DNA of 64,000 bases, from positions 1 through 64,000 of IMG/VR virus record IMGVR_UViG_3300020442_000013; one strand, written 5' to 3'. The stretch's first letter is position 1; each line of letters opens with the position of its first letter. Under the pieces are notes generated by a model that made no database searches, was not told the DNA's origin, and saw nothing but the letters and a program-made list of their open reading frames with translations. Both the position numbers and the translations under genes were made by a program. This document shows positions 19,837 to 28,960 of the stretch, piece by piece. The DNA comes from a virus.

Positions 19837-20439
19837 ATGACTATTTCAAGAGAACAAATTAAAAAAGCATTCGTCAGTGACGTAAAGAACATTGGTGAAT
19901 ATGTCTATAATAATCAGGATTGGTATCAAGAAGACACTCAAAGAATGAGATACATCTTGGCTACCATAGAACTGTCACCAGGAGATAATTATTCAGAAAA
20001 GCCTAAGCAATATGAACTTGGACAAGAGGACAATAGGTTTTATAATTGCATAGAGTTTCTGGATCAGGGAATGTATAAGATCAATGACGAAAAGAGACTG
20101 CTCGAGCTTATGAACATGAAGCCTAGCCAAGTGGCAGACTATATTGCTGTCAATGAATATGATTGGATAGGCGATGACTACGATCATGCAAATGAATACC
20201 TATTCCAAATAATGAATAACTGGCAGGAAGAAGTTGAGTTCGATACAGAAGATTATGAAAACCCAGATCAGATGACAATAACTCGTAGGGCTAGACAATG
20301 GAATGTAGACCTTGAGACAGGATACAAGAGCGAAAATAAGCATGAAGTGGCCTACCATATCCTAATGGAGTATTGGGATAGTCTTCCAGATGATCACAAA
20401 GAATCAATCCACAAAAGGCTTGAGGCTATAGGTGTATAG
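19837..20439 (+). CDS. Early acidic hypothetical protein
   Basis: GGAGGGCAAA RBS; long leader from promoter 19642. Confidence 0.7.
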   Translation: MTISREQIKKAFVSDVKNIGEYVYNNQDWYQEDTQRMRYILATIELSPGDNYSEKPKQYELGQEDNRFYNCIEFLDQGMYKINDEKRLLELMNMKPSQVADYIAVNEYDWIGDDYDHANEYLFQIMNNWQEEVEFDTEDYENPDQMTITRRARQWNVDLETGYKSENKHEVAYHILMEYWDSLPDDHKESIHKRLEAIGV

Positions 20440-20508
20440 TTTTGGTAAAATAGAGGTTGACATTTCCACAAAAGGTTATATTATATAGATATAACAAAAA
20501 GGAGGAAT

Positions 20509-20970
20509 ATGTTAAAACCTGCAAGCCAAGAAATAAGAAATAAGATAATTGAACAATGCCCTTGGGCAAAAGGCAACAAGATAGAAAAGATTGTATCGCC
20601 TGTTGATTACATAGAGATCTATGCTGTCAGAAGGAAAGATGGTGACAATACCTACTTCTTGAAAGAAGACAAATATCTTAACACCTGTTTCGCAAGTGTC
20701 TATTGGAGACTAGACGACTTTAGATCATCATTAGATTATATGTCGAGATGTCCTGATAGTGTTCTCAGAGCAATGAACAAGGACAATGGTGGCGGCTACT
20801 GGACAAAGAGACAGGTCATAGACAAATTGCTAGAAATCAAAGCAGGATCTAAAACGGCACTGGACGAAGTGATGGATAGATTAAACTGGGAAGATGAAAA
20901 CGAAAAGAAATACAAGGTGTCTAAAGAAATCGCCGAACACGAAATCGGTAGAAAACTTTCGGCATATTAG
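20509..20970 (+). CDS. Early hypothetical protein
   Basis: Own promoter; GGAGG RBS. Confidence 0.7.
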   Translation: MLKPASQEIRNKIIEQCPWAKGNKIEKIVSPVDYIEIYAVRRKDGDNTYFLKEDKYLNTCFASVYWRLDDFRSSLDYMSRCPDSVLRAMNKDNGGGYWTKRQVIDKLLEIKAGSKTALDEVMDRLNWEDENEKKYKVSKEIAEHEIGRKLSAY

Positions 20971-21036
20971 AGGTTGCAATTATCTCTAATAGGTGTTATT
21001 ATATAAGAGTAAGTTAAAAAACAAAAGGAGGGCAAT

Positions 21037-21696
21037 ATGCCAAATTGGTGTAATAATCATATTAATATTCAAGGATCCACAGATACAATTAAAACCCTAT
21101 GGGAACAGGCACAGGCCAACTGGAAGAACGAAGACTACGGTTTGCTGAATGCAATGGTGCCTATGCCAGATGCATTAAAAGGCACTAGGTCACCATCACC
21201 GGACGACGGAAGTCAACCTTCGGTCGACGGCTATACGAACTGGTATGATTGGTGTGTGGCAAACTGGGGTACCAAATGGGATATCTCAGATGAGGGTTTA
21301 GAATTCACAGACAATGGCGATGGTACCGCACAGATATCAGGATGGTTTGAGAGTGCATGGGCACCACCTATCCATGCTTATGATACTTTTCTAGATGACA
21401 TGGATGGTTGTTCGCTTTATGCTACCTACGAAGAGGGTGGTATGGACTTTGCAGGCATCTATGACAATGGTGAAGATGAATACATGGAGAACCTATCAGA
21501 GGCTTGCGAAGAAGTGGTAAAAGGTGAAGTGCCACTAGAAGAGCAGAGTGAATTGTTTCGACGCCTAGATGATGAGTTTGAGCTCGTAGAGAACAGGCGT
21601 GAATACATCGAAGAGCAAATGGAAGAAGAAGCAGAACAGGCTCGTAAGGATGAGAAGCGAGGTGTTTATGCTGAACACGAAGACGTGGCTAACTAG
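21037..21696 (+). CDS. DUF1281/Api92-like (YubB ferredoxin-like) protein
   Basis: MPNWCNN, WYDWCVANWGTKWD, F.SAWAPP, YEE.GMDFAG. Confidence 0.8.
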   Translation: MPNWCNNHINIQGSTDTIKTLWEQAQANWKNEDYGLLNAMVPMPDALKGTRSPSPDDGSQPSVDGYTNWYDWCVANWGTKWDISDEGLEFTDNGDGTAQISGWFESAWAPPIHAYDTFLDDMDGCSLYATYEEGGMDFAGIYDNGEDEYMENLSEACEEVVKGEVPLEEQSELFRRLDDEFELVENRREYIEEQMEEEAEQARKDEKRGVYAEHEDVAN

Positions 21697-21911
21697 GAGG
21701 TGGCAATGGATAATCTAGCAAGAGCAAAGAAGGTAAAAAAACTTCTAGGCCTACGTGGCAATGACACCGACAGTGAATATTATAGGGTAGCAGACGCAGT
21801 CACCGACCTCATGCACTTCTGTGATAGCAAGGGCATTGATTTTGATCAGGAGATGCGAATGGCTGATACCTATTATGTGAGTGAACTAGAAGAACAAAAG
21901 GAGATAGCCTA

Positions 21912-22265
21912 ATGGCAACCGCGATAGACGATAAAATCATAGAAGATTCAGAAATAGTTATAGGAACTGACACCCGTGGTGACAGTCTTACACAGAGCAT
22001 CATTGCAGAACGATTGGTAGCATATGATCTCACAGACATGATGAGATGTGCCGCCCATGGTGACTTTGAATACATAGCAGACAAATTATCAGATGGCTGG
22101 AGAGGCTATCATCGAATGAGTCCAGGAGAATTATGGACCGAATACAAGGAAATAGAAGAAAGTTTCCTAGATGCAGTAGAAACAGGCAGTTTGGTTGTGG
22201 GTCTCAAGGAAGAAGATCCTTTGACCAAGCCAATCCACAATGGCAAGCCATTTAGGCAGGTATAG
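21912..22265 (+). CDS. Hypothetical protein
   Basis: AGGAG RBS; TAATG overlap. Confidence 0.6.
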   Translation: MATAIDDKIIEDSEIVIGTDTRGDSLTQSIIAERLVAYDLTDMMRCAAHGDFEYIADKLSDGWRGYHRMSPGELWTEYKEIEESFLDAVETGSLVVGLKEEDPLTKPIHNGKPFRQV

Positions 22266-22282
22266 TTAAGTATTAGCAGAGA

Positions 22283-22720
22283 GTGACTCGTAAATTCAAA
22301 AAAAGGTATATGATAGTGACAGATAGTGATAATACCCTACCACCCGAACCACCGGAGAGATACGTCTTGGACAAGCTCACCCTGGAGCAGTTGGCAGGGA
22401 TATTTACCTGGGCCCAGATTACCATTGACGCACAGATGGATGACGAAAGTGCTGATGATATGCAAGACGTCATGAGCGAAGTAGCAGAAAGACTGGGTCT
22501 GGAATACTACGACACAAAGACACGGATAGAAGAACTAGAGCCAGAACAAGAAGGCAGTAGAACCTTTAAGATCAGGGTAGATGTGGAAAAAACGCCACCC
22601 AAGCCCGCTCTTGTGTGGACCAACGATCAACCCGACAAAAAGGGGCTTAAAATTGTTGACAAGGACTATCAAGAACCTTCCAATGACGATAACGAGCCAG
22701 ATCCACCCAAGAAAGCATAA
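22283..22720 (+). CDS. Hypothetical protein
   Basis: Long ORF co-oriented with neighbours. Confidence 0.55.
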   Translation: MTRKFKKRYMIVTDSDNTLPPEPPERYVLDKLTLEQLAGIFTWAQITIDAQMDDESADDMQDVMSEVAERLGLEYYDTKTRIEELEPEQEGSRTFKIRVDVEKTPPKPALVWTNDQPDKKGLKIVDKDYQEPSNDDNEPDPPKKA

Positions 22721-22731
22721 AGGAGCAGTCT

Positions 22732-23154
22732 ATGATATCACCCAAAACCCTATCAGCCCTAGTCATAGTTGGTGCGATGGCCAGTTGTGCCCCAGCAGTG
22801 GCATTTACCTGTGACGACCCCCTGGCTACCAAAGAACAGATACAGAAATGCAATGACCTAGAAGAATTCCTACGTGTAGACCCCAAGATATTCCACGTGC
22901 CCATACCCAAGAGCCTAGGCACCACCCTTGGTGAAGCATGGACCAACAGACCTAGATGCTCAGACTCAGTAACCCCAGGAACGGTAATCCAAACAGACCC
23001 ACCCACTTATAATTGCGGAGATCTAGAAGTAAAAACACCCGAACAACAGGCCATAGACGAACTCGAACGCAGAATACAAGAACTAGAACGCCATGTGAAC
23101 AACCTTAGACGTGCAAGGATAAAAGCCGCGGGTAAATGTGGAGTTTTGGAATAA
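22732..23154 (+). CDS. Secreted hypothetical protein
   Basis: AAGGAG RBS; signal peptide; C-terminal coiled coil. Confidence 0.6.
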   Translation: MISPKTLSALVIVGAMASCAPAVAFTCDDPLATKEQIQKCNDLEEFLRVDPKIFHVPIPKSLGTTLGEAWTNRPRCSDSVTPGTVIQTDPPTYNCGDLEVKTPEQQAIDELERRIQELERHVNNLRRARIKAAGKCGVLE

Positions 23155-23178
23155 AAGAGGGGTGCGAAGAGCCTCTTG

Positions 23179-23210
23179 AGCCGCGAAGCGGTTGCGGCAG
23201 CAAAAATTTT
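23179..23210 (+). repeat. Left copy of an inverted element (AGCCGCGAAGCGGTT + GCGGCAGCAAAAATTTT)
   Basis: Reverse complements occur at 33972-33986 (15/15) and 33918-33934 (16/17). Confidence 0.75.
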
Positions 23211-23637
23211 TTCGCATAACGAAGGAGATTTTATGAATAGAATAGGAAACCTTGGAATACTACTAGCGGGAATTGGCTTTTTACTTTGGGGCCTGGGAAG
23301 TGCAGTAGATTCCTATATTATACTGGAAGACTATCGTTGGGAACAGGAAATGATGCAGAACGAGACTAGTATATACAGAGAAGACTGGTTAGGTACTCAA
23401 GAACTATTCAAAATGGGTGCTTAGAATGACAGCATTGGAATGGTTCTGTATAGCATTCGTAATCCAGGCAATCCATGTTGCTGTCACTGGTGATGTGGTA
23501 ATGATACCACTTAATTAGACTATGACTTGCTTTTTGATGTGTGATTCCTACTATACTGCCATTGGCTTGTACGGTGTAGGCATCATCCTATTTGCTCTGT
23601 TCGTAATGTGGCTGAGTAGGTAAGATAGACTAGATGG

Positions 23638-23686
23638 CCCCGCTGCTGGATCTGAGGTTGAACAGATTGGGTGCAGGCCCCGCTGC
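23638..23686 (+). repeat. CCCCGCTGC box pair (copy 2)
   Basis: ggccccgctgc twice, cores at 23638-23646 and 23678-23686. Confidence 0.75.
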
Positions 23687-24001
23687 GGTCTCCATGGTTC
23701 TAGAGGGGTCGATAAATATTGATATGGATAGAAGAGAACAGATAACACAGATGCTGAAGGATCGTATAGCACGGTTCAAGAGGGAGAATGCCCACATATG
23801 GGAGAAACCTAGTAGGCTGTTTAAGGATGAACCCAAAGAGCCTGAGAAGAGGGAACTCACACCCGCAGAGAAAATGAAACGTGATCTAGGGTTCTAAAAG
23901 TATTTGAACTATGCCTCTCGTCACCTCAGACGAACCAAAATTTTCTATAGTTGAAACCGTGGGAAAATGTGAATCTCACCGTGATTTCCATACGAGAGGG
24001 G

Positions 24002-24250
24002 CCTCTTAACCCTGATCTAAGGGCCCTGTACGGTGCCTTAAAACCCCCCTTATCCTGAACCACCCTGATCGGCCTGAAGGCCTCTATACGCTTCTCTTAC
24101 ACGCTCTAAGAAGGGGTCTGAACGGTCTGAACTCTTTACTATGTTCTTAACACGCTCTTAACGCTCTGAATCAACTCTGTGCCCTAACCTTTTGAAATTG
24201 TTGGATTTTTTGGCCTCGGGAGCTGTCTTTTCGCTCGCCCTCGCCTCTAC
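24002..24250 (+). repeat. Phased YCT degenerate array 2 (non-coding)
   Basis: cctga, tctgaa, ctctta, ctctga and cctct units every about 8-11 nt in an ORF-free region. Confidence 0.7.
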
Positions 24251-24549
24251 TATGTATTATCCAATAAAATCAATGTGTTAGCAGTCAAAGTTAATGTAAT
24301 GGATGAGGAGGGGTGTCACTAATATCGTTCTTTCACCTAAGTCATTGTTATTGTTGGCTTTTTCGGGGTCTACCTCGTTCTTTCCGTTCTTCTACGTAAC
24401 CTCTTGATTTTGTTGGATTTTTTTTGGAGACACACAAGTCAGAATTCGGCCAGCCTGTAGCCCTTTGCTTTTTTTCTGCCCCTTGCTGTTTTGCTTTATC
24501 CATTTTTTTGCGGACGGGGTCGCTTAAAGCAGTTTCTTATTATGTTTAT

Positions 24550-24578
24550 ACTATAGCACAAACAACCCACATTGTCAA
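24550..24578 (-). promoter_or_regulatory. Leftward early promoter (TTGACA-17-TATAGT), divergent from 24613
   Basis: Minus strand reads ttggcgaaaaagaggTTGACAatgtgggttgtttgtgcTATAGT; no ORF downstream. Confidence 0.75.
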
Positions 24579-24672
24579 CCTCTTTTTCGCCAAAAAAAAA
24601 ATAAATTAGGGGTTGACTTTTGGACAAAATGAGACTACTATGTATATAACAATTAAGCAATAGGAGGGCACA

Positions 24673-24810
24673 TTGCAAAACTTACTAAACAAAATTACAC
24701 TTTGGTTTTTGAACAGAGCATACGAGCAGATGGAGGCTAGTGGCGACTTGCAGAACGCAGACGATGTGGCTGAGCATATAGAAGATTATTTTACTAATTT
24801 TGTAAAATAA
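24673..24810 (+). CDS. 45-aa immediate-early protein, TC/CC-free
   Basis: Hand-translated from TTG: MQNLLNKITLWFLNRAYEQMEASGDLQNADDVAEHIEDYFTNFVK; own promoter; GGAGGGC RBS. Confidence 0.6.
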   Translation: MQNLLNKITLWFLNRAYEQMEASGDLQNADDVAEHIEDYFTNFVK

Positions 24811-24875
24811 CGGTTGACTTTTGAGCAAAATGAGGTTATTATAATATTAACAATTAACAATAAATGAGGGCAAAT

Positions 24876-25379
24876 ATGATAAACACAAAAAACTTAACAG
24901 CAGATTTTAACGTAGATTTACACGTAAACGATTGGACAAAAAACATAGTAAACACAATTAGGGTTGTTGAAGACAGAGATGTGTTTACACAAGTTGAAAA
25001 AGATTTTGTGATACAGTTTTTGGTAAACACGCTAGACGGCTTAACACACATTAACATTGAAAGCAGACAAGAAGGTGCAGGCTTTTACAGAATGTGTGAT
25101 GCACAGGAAGTTATGACGCACTTAACAACATTGTATGATAACAACAATGCTAATGAAAGCATAGATGATAGCAAAATAGGCTGGCAGTTTACACTTGCAG
25201 ATGCTGCAGATGCATTGTTAGGCTACGATACAGAATACAGGGATTGTATTACAGAAAATTTTGATGATGCTTGTAATGATGCTTGTGAGGACAAGTTTTG
25301 GCAACAACACGCAGACGCAGATTTTACTACACTTGCTGCAAGAATATTTGCTAAAAACGGTTACAGCTGCTACGAATAA
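24876..25379 (+). CDS. Acidic proline-free early protein, TC/CC-free
   Basis: Own promoter; GAGGGCAA RBS; no Pro, all Ser codons AGY. Confidence 0.75.
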   Translation: MINTKNLTADFNVDLHVNDWTKNIVNTIRVVEDRDVFTQVEKDFVIQFLVNTLDGLTHINIESRQEGAGFYRMCDAQEVMTHLTTLYDNNNANESIDDSKIGWQFTLADAADALLGYDTEYRDCITENFDDACNDACEDKFWQQHADADFTTLAARIFAKNGYSCYE

Positions 25380-25459
25380 AACGGTAAAAAAAAGGTTGAC
25401 ACTATAGCATTTGTGTGCTATAGTGTTACTATAATTACAAAAGCATACGGAGGGCAACT

Positions 25460-25885
25460 ATGCAAAACACACGTTATGAACTACTAAACAAACTACAAGC
25501 TAAACTTGGGGACGCGATTACTATTTACGACGAGTATGAAGGCGAGCACAGACTGAATTTTTATAGTGTAAGCATAAACTTGGGAACAGGTTTTGCTGGG
25601 AACTACAAAGGTGGTTACTGGGGCGATTGTAATATTAAGAATGACGAGCTTAAACTTGCATTTGTATATGGGGACGTATACGATGAAGGTGAAGAGTGTT
25701 TTGGTGAGGGTACGGTACAATTAGAATATGCTGACGGTAGCGGACTTGCATACACAGGCGAGTTAGATAAACTTGTAGAGCGTAAGGTTGAAGAGCTTAC
25801 AGGCGGACTTATAACTTGTAGCGGTAGCGAACAGGGAATGCAGGGAGACGATTACTTGAGTGTAGACGTAGACGAGGCTGCATAA
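25460..25885 (+). CDS. Acidic proline-free early protein, TC/CC-free
   Basis: Own promoter; GGAGGGCAA RBS; C-terminal SEQGMQGDDY.S.DV motif. Confidence 0.75.
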   Translation: MQNTRYELLNKLQAKLGDAITIYDEYEGEHRLNFYSVSINLGTGFAGNYKGGYWGDCNIKNDELKLAFVYGDVYDEGEECFGEGTVQLEYADGSGLAYTGELDKLVERKVEELTGGLITCSGSEQGMQGDDYLSVDVDEAA

Positions 25886-25949
25886 AACGGTTGACATATT
25901 GGATGTTGTGTGCTATATTAAAGCATAATAAAAATTAAGAGGGCAATAC

Positions 25950-26219
25950 ATGACACACTTAACAATTTATGCACTAGCACATGACAGCAATAGCACTGAG
26001 GACGTTTATATAAGTTTACATGACAAAGTAAAACTTTACATAAAACTAGCAGACAGCACAGGCAAAGCACTTGTGCAGCGTAGCGTCTCAAATTTTAAGC
26101 AGGCAATAACTGCATTGCAATGTTATAACATAACACACGTAGACATAAGCTACAACGTGGACGTAACAGACAGCATAAACAAACTAGCACACAAAATATA
26201 TTTGCACTATTTAAAATAG
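25950..26219 (+). CDS. Proline-free early protein, nearly TC/CC-free
   Basis: Own promoter; GAGGGCAA RBS; only two TC (26086, 26088). Confidence 0.7.
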   Translation: MTHLTIYALAHDSNSTEDVYISLHDKVKLYIKLADSTGKALVQRSVSNFKQAITALQCYNITHVDISYNVDVTDSINKLAHKIYLHYLK

Positions 26220-26235
26220 TGCTTATATAGTACGA

Positions 26236-26244
26236 CCCCGCTGC
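26236..26244 (+). repeat. CCCCGCTGC box (copy 3)
   Basis: cgaccccgctgcta identical over 14 bp to 10805-10818. Confidence 0.7.
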
Positions 26245-26335
26245 TAAGACACAGAATAAATGAGAAATTGGCAAATAAGAGGTTGACATTGTAAATAGAC
26301 TATGCTATAGTATAAACATAATAAGGAGATGGCAC

Positions 26336-26524
26336 ATGAAATGTTCGATTTGTAAGACGACTATTAAGAAGGATCCCCTAAGCGGTTGGGATGGTGGACA
26401 CAATGCAGAACCGGCAAGTCCGGGAAGATGTTGTGATGATTGTAATACGCACATTGTTATCCCTCTGCGTATTAACAATTTGTTTGCGGCTTCGAAGCCG
26501 ATTCCTAAAGAGGCACAATGCTAG
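26336..26524 (+). CDS. Small zinc-finger-like protein
   Basis: CSIC...GHNAEP...GRCCDDCN..IVIP.R; own promoter. Confidence 0.7.
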   Translation: MKCSICKTTIKKDPLSGWDGGHNAEPASPGRCCDDCNTHIVIPLRINNLFAASKPIPKEAQC

Positions 26525-26823
26525 ACAACTGGAGAACCGACTTTGACTGGACCGATCCTGAAGACGCTCCGGTCAGTTGGTCCGAGTTGGACGCTGAGTT
26601 AGAGAAGCAGAAAGCTCCTTGGGACCGGCCTGAAGCCCAGCAGACCCTGAAGGTCCGATTCGTCAATGGCGGCTCTGTAGGATGCCTTAGGACGGCCTCT
26701 GTAGTCAGACAGGAGCTCTGCGAACAGACTCTTATGCCGCTCTTAATAATCCAAGACCCTTGGAACCCACAGGAGACCCTAACCTGTCGTTGGTATGACA
26801 ACGAATGGGTCCATGAATCATAG
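26518..26823 (+). CDS. Hypothetical protein overlapping YCT array 3
   Basis: GAGG RBS; central part is dense in cctga/ctctg/ctctta units. Confidence 0.45.
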   Translation: MLDNWRTDFDWTDPEDAPVSWSELDAELEKQKAPWDRPEAQQTLKVRFVNGGSVGCLRTASVVRQELCEQTLMPLLIIQDPWNPQETLTCRWYDNEWVHES

Positions 26824-26889
26824 AATAACCTGGCGTCTTATTAGGTCGGGAGATGTTCGAAGTTCTTTCGAGGCCGAAAGGCGAGAGGC

Positions 26890-26918
26890 ATTATAGCACA
26901 TTTTATGCTATAATGCAA
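26890..26918 (-). promoter_or_regulatory. Leftward promoter (TTGCAT-17-TATAAT) embedded in an 11-bp inverted repeat
   Basis: gcattatagca (26888-26898) / tgctataatgc (26906-26916). Confidence 0.6.
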
Positions 26919-26926
26919 GTATTTTT

Positions 26927-27271
26927 TTAATTACTTAAATAAACGTAATTTTCTAAATTAATATTTTGCATTGCTGTATTTTCTACAACTTTATAAAATA
27001 AGCTGCTTTCATCGTAGTATGTAATGTTGTTAGCAAAAATTTCCATAATACTTTGTAAGCTAACATAATCGTTAGTTTCGTTTTGCACATATAAACATTG
27101 TAGTTGTGCAAAAATGTTAGCACTATTTAAAAAATAACTTGCACAAGTACAATCCATTTCCACAATTTGTAAATTATTGTAGCAATTTTCAATTACTTTG
27201 TACAATGTTTCCATGTGTACACTTTTAGTTTTAGTTGTAGTTGTTTTAGTTATTGTTTTTAATTGTTGCAT
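26927..27271 (-). CDS. Proline-free early protein; coding strand TC/CC-free
   Basis: MQQLKTITK...; leftward promoter TTGCAT (27334-27339)-17-TACATT; plus strand has no GA/GG over 26888-27372. Confidence 0.7.
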   Translation of the reverse strand: MQQLKTITKTTTTKTKSVHMETLYKVIENCYNNLQIVEMDCTCASYFLNSANIFAQLQCLYVQNETNDYVSLQSIMEIFANNITYYDESSLFYKVVENTAMQNINLENYVYLSN

Positions 27272-27446
27272 ATAATACTGCCTTTTTTTAGTTAATGTTT
27301 TATTGTGTTTAATGTAGCACATAATTTTCCAAAATGCAACCGTTTTTTTCCAAAATATTAAATTAAAAAATGGTAAAAAAAAGGTTGACAGTAGCAGAAA
27401 ATTGTGCTATTGTTAACTATAAAATAAAAAAGCGAAAGGGCAAAAG

Positions 27447-27647
27447 ATGGGAATGAGCAGTTATATTTTAGATTTAGAAGAGCAGTTTGACACAAAGGTG
27501 GTTGAAGCTATTAAAGAGAGCGAGCACGTGAGTGAGGCTATTGCTGGGGCTATGAAGCACAGAGACTTGGTTGCTAATTGGACAGACGACGAGATTGAAG
27601 ACTATGTGCATGACGGCTGGAACGAGGTTTGGAGAGATTATTTATAA
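27447..27647 (+). CDS. Acidic proline-free early protein, TC/CC-free
   Basis: Own promoter; AAGGGCAA RBS. Confidence 0.7.
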   Translation: MGMSSYILDLEEQFDTKVVEAIKESEHVSEAIAGAMKHRDLVANWTDDEIEDYVHDGWNEVWRDYL

Positions 27648-27945
27648 TTTGGTAAAAAAAAGGTTGACAATTGAATTTGTTTGTGCTATAGTATAAGCAC
27701 AATAAGAGAACGAGGGCAAAATGCAAATCATCAGATCAAAGAAATCATTGGCTACCCTAAACAACCGGAGGTTCTTCACCCCACCTACCTTGGCAGAGAT
27801 ATGCGAGAACCCAGAGTGGAAGCCGATCACCCTGCCAGACGAGCTAGACGAGCAATTTAACTTTTTTGACATTTTGGATAAAAAAAGGTTGACATCCGAA
27901 TAACGGTGTGCTATAGTATAAACATAATAAGAAAGCGAGGGCAAG

Positions 27946-28167
27946 ATGGCTAGACAAGAAACAAACAGACTTTTAGAAATGATCGACGAGGGGTTGCTAG
28001 ACCCTAAAGAGGTCGTCACCATGTGCGTGAAGTACATGAGCGAGGACGAGGTTGCGGACATGATGGACGCTAACGAATTGTCCGAAAGGTTCGAGGAGGA
28101 CTATGAGGACGATGGGCAGCCGGACTGGCACCAAGAGTGGGAAGACTTTGGGGAGTGCTACGAATGA
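27946..28167 (+). CDS. Acidic early protein
   Basis: Own promoter; GAGGGCAA RBS; C.KYMSEDEV.DM...NEL and DGQPDW.QEW.DFG motifs. Confidence 0.7.
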   Translation: MARQETNRLLEMIDEGLLDPKEVVTMCVKYMSEDEVADMMDANELSERFEEDYEDDGQPDWHQEWEDFGECYE

Positions 28168-28413
28168 GAGCACTCTGCATAGGATTGGCATTCTTCTGCG
28201 CCTTTGTAGGCGTAGGGGTGCTTGAGGATTGTGGCGGCGACTGTATTCCAGAAGACTACAATGCGGCCTGGAGATGGGTGGTCGCGATAGTGGCTGTGAT
28301 GGGTACGGCGTTCTTCGGCTTTGCCGGGGCTGTGATAAAAAGGTAAAAAAGAGGTTGACAAACGGTTTGAGAGACTGTATTATATAGGTAACAATTTAGA
28401 AAGAGAGGGCCAA

Positions 28414-28878
28414 ATGGGAACAAGATCAACGATAGCAATGAAGAAGCCAGAAGGTGGCGTGGTTGCGATATACTGTCACTGGGATGGATACCCTGCCCAC
28501 AATGGGGTGATCCTGAATAAGCATTGGACAGACACAGACAAGATAGCTCAACTGATTGGGCTAGGAGACTTGTCAAGCCTAGGTACAGAGCTAGGCGAGA
28601 AGCAGGACTTTGACAATAGGGAGACCCAATCGGATGGTTGGTGCTTGGCCTATGGCAGAGACCGTGGTGAGACGGATGTAGAAGCCCGTCACTATCCAGA
28701 CGTTGAGTCCTGGATTAAGTCTAAGGCAGAGAGCTGGTGCGAATGGGCGTACCTGTGGGATGGAGAAAATTGGCTAGTCCACCAAATCAAGGACGAGAGC
28801 ACGGAGTATCCTGTGTTCGACTTTGCTGATGTTGTATTATTGCAACACCAAAAAGAAATCGCAGAAATGGCAAAATAA
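28414..28878 (+). CDS. Conserved phage early protein
   Basis: MGTRSTIA...IYCHWDGYP...G..L, GDLSSL, YGRDRGE, EWAYLW motifs. Confidence 0.75.
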   Translation: MGTRSTIAMKKPEGGVVAIYCHWDGYPAHNGVILNKHWTDTDKIAQLIGLGDLSSLGTELGEKQDFDNRETQSDGWCLAYGRDRGETDVEARHYPDVESWIKSKAESWCEWAYLWDGENWLVHQIKDESTEYPVFDFADVVLLQHQKEIAEMAK

Positions 28879-28960
28879 TGGTTGACATTCGAGTCAACCG
28901 ATGCTATTATGTGTATAGTTAAGTTAAACAAACCAATCAGCCTAAGGAGGGCTAAACGAT

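Noticed and set aside
23634-23897. 87-aa ORF starting inside the CCCCGCTGC boxes
   Set aside because: The 5' part is the repeat/late-promoter region; only the portion from MDRREQ looks coding, so I did not call it at these coordinates.
10808-26244. CCCCGCTGC as part of a cobalamin riboswitch
   Set aside because: It resembles the CCCGC-ACTG segment, but I saw no accompanying GGGAA or B12-box elements around any copy.
24591-27728. TC/CC absence explained by UV-dimer avoidance or codon/tRNA bias
   Set aside because: TT and CT are abundant and the template strand still carries TC. Avoidance extends to codon junctions and non-coding DNA, so codon choice alone cannot explain it.
24591-27728. Classical restriction-site avoidance
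   Set aside because: Double-stranded site avoidance would be strand-symmetric; here GA/GG are plentiful on the coding strand and the bias follows transcription direction.
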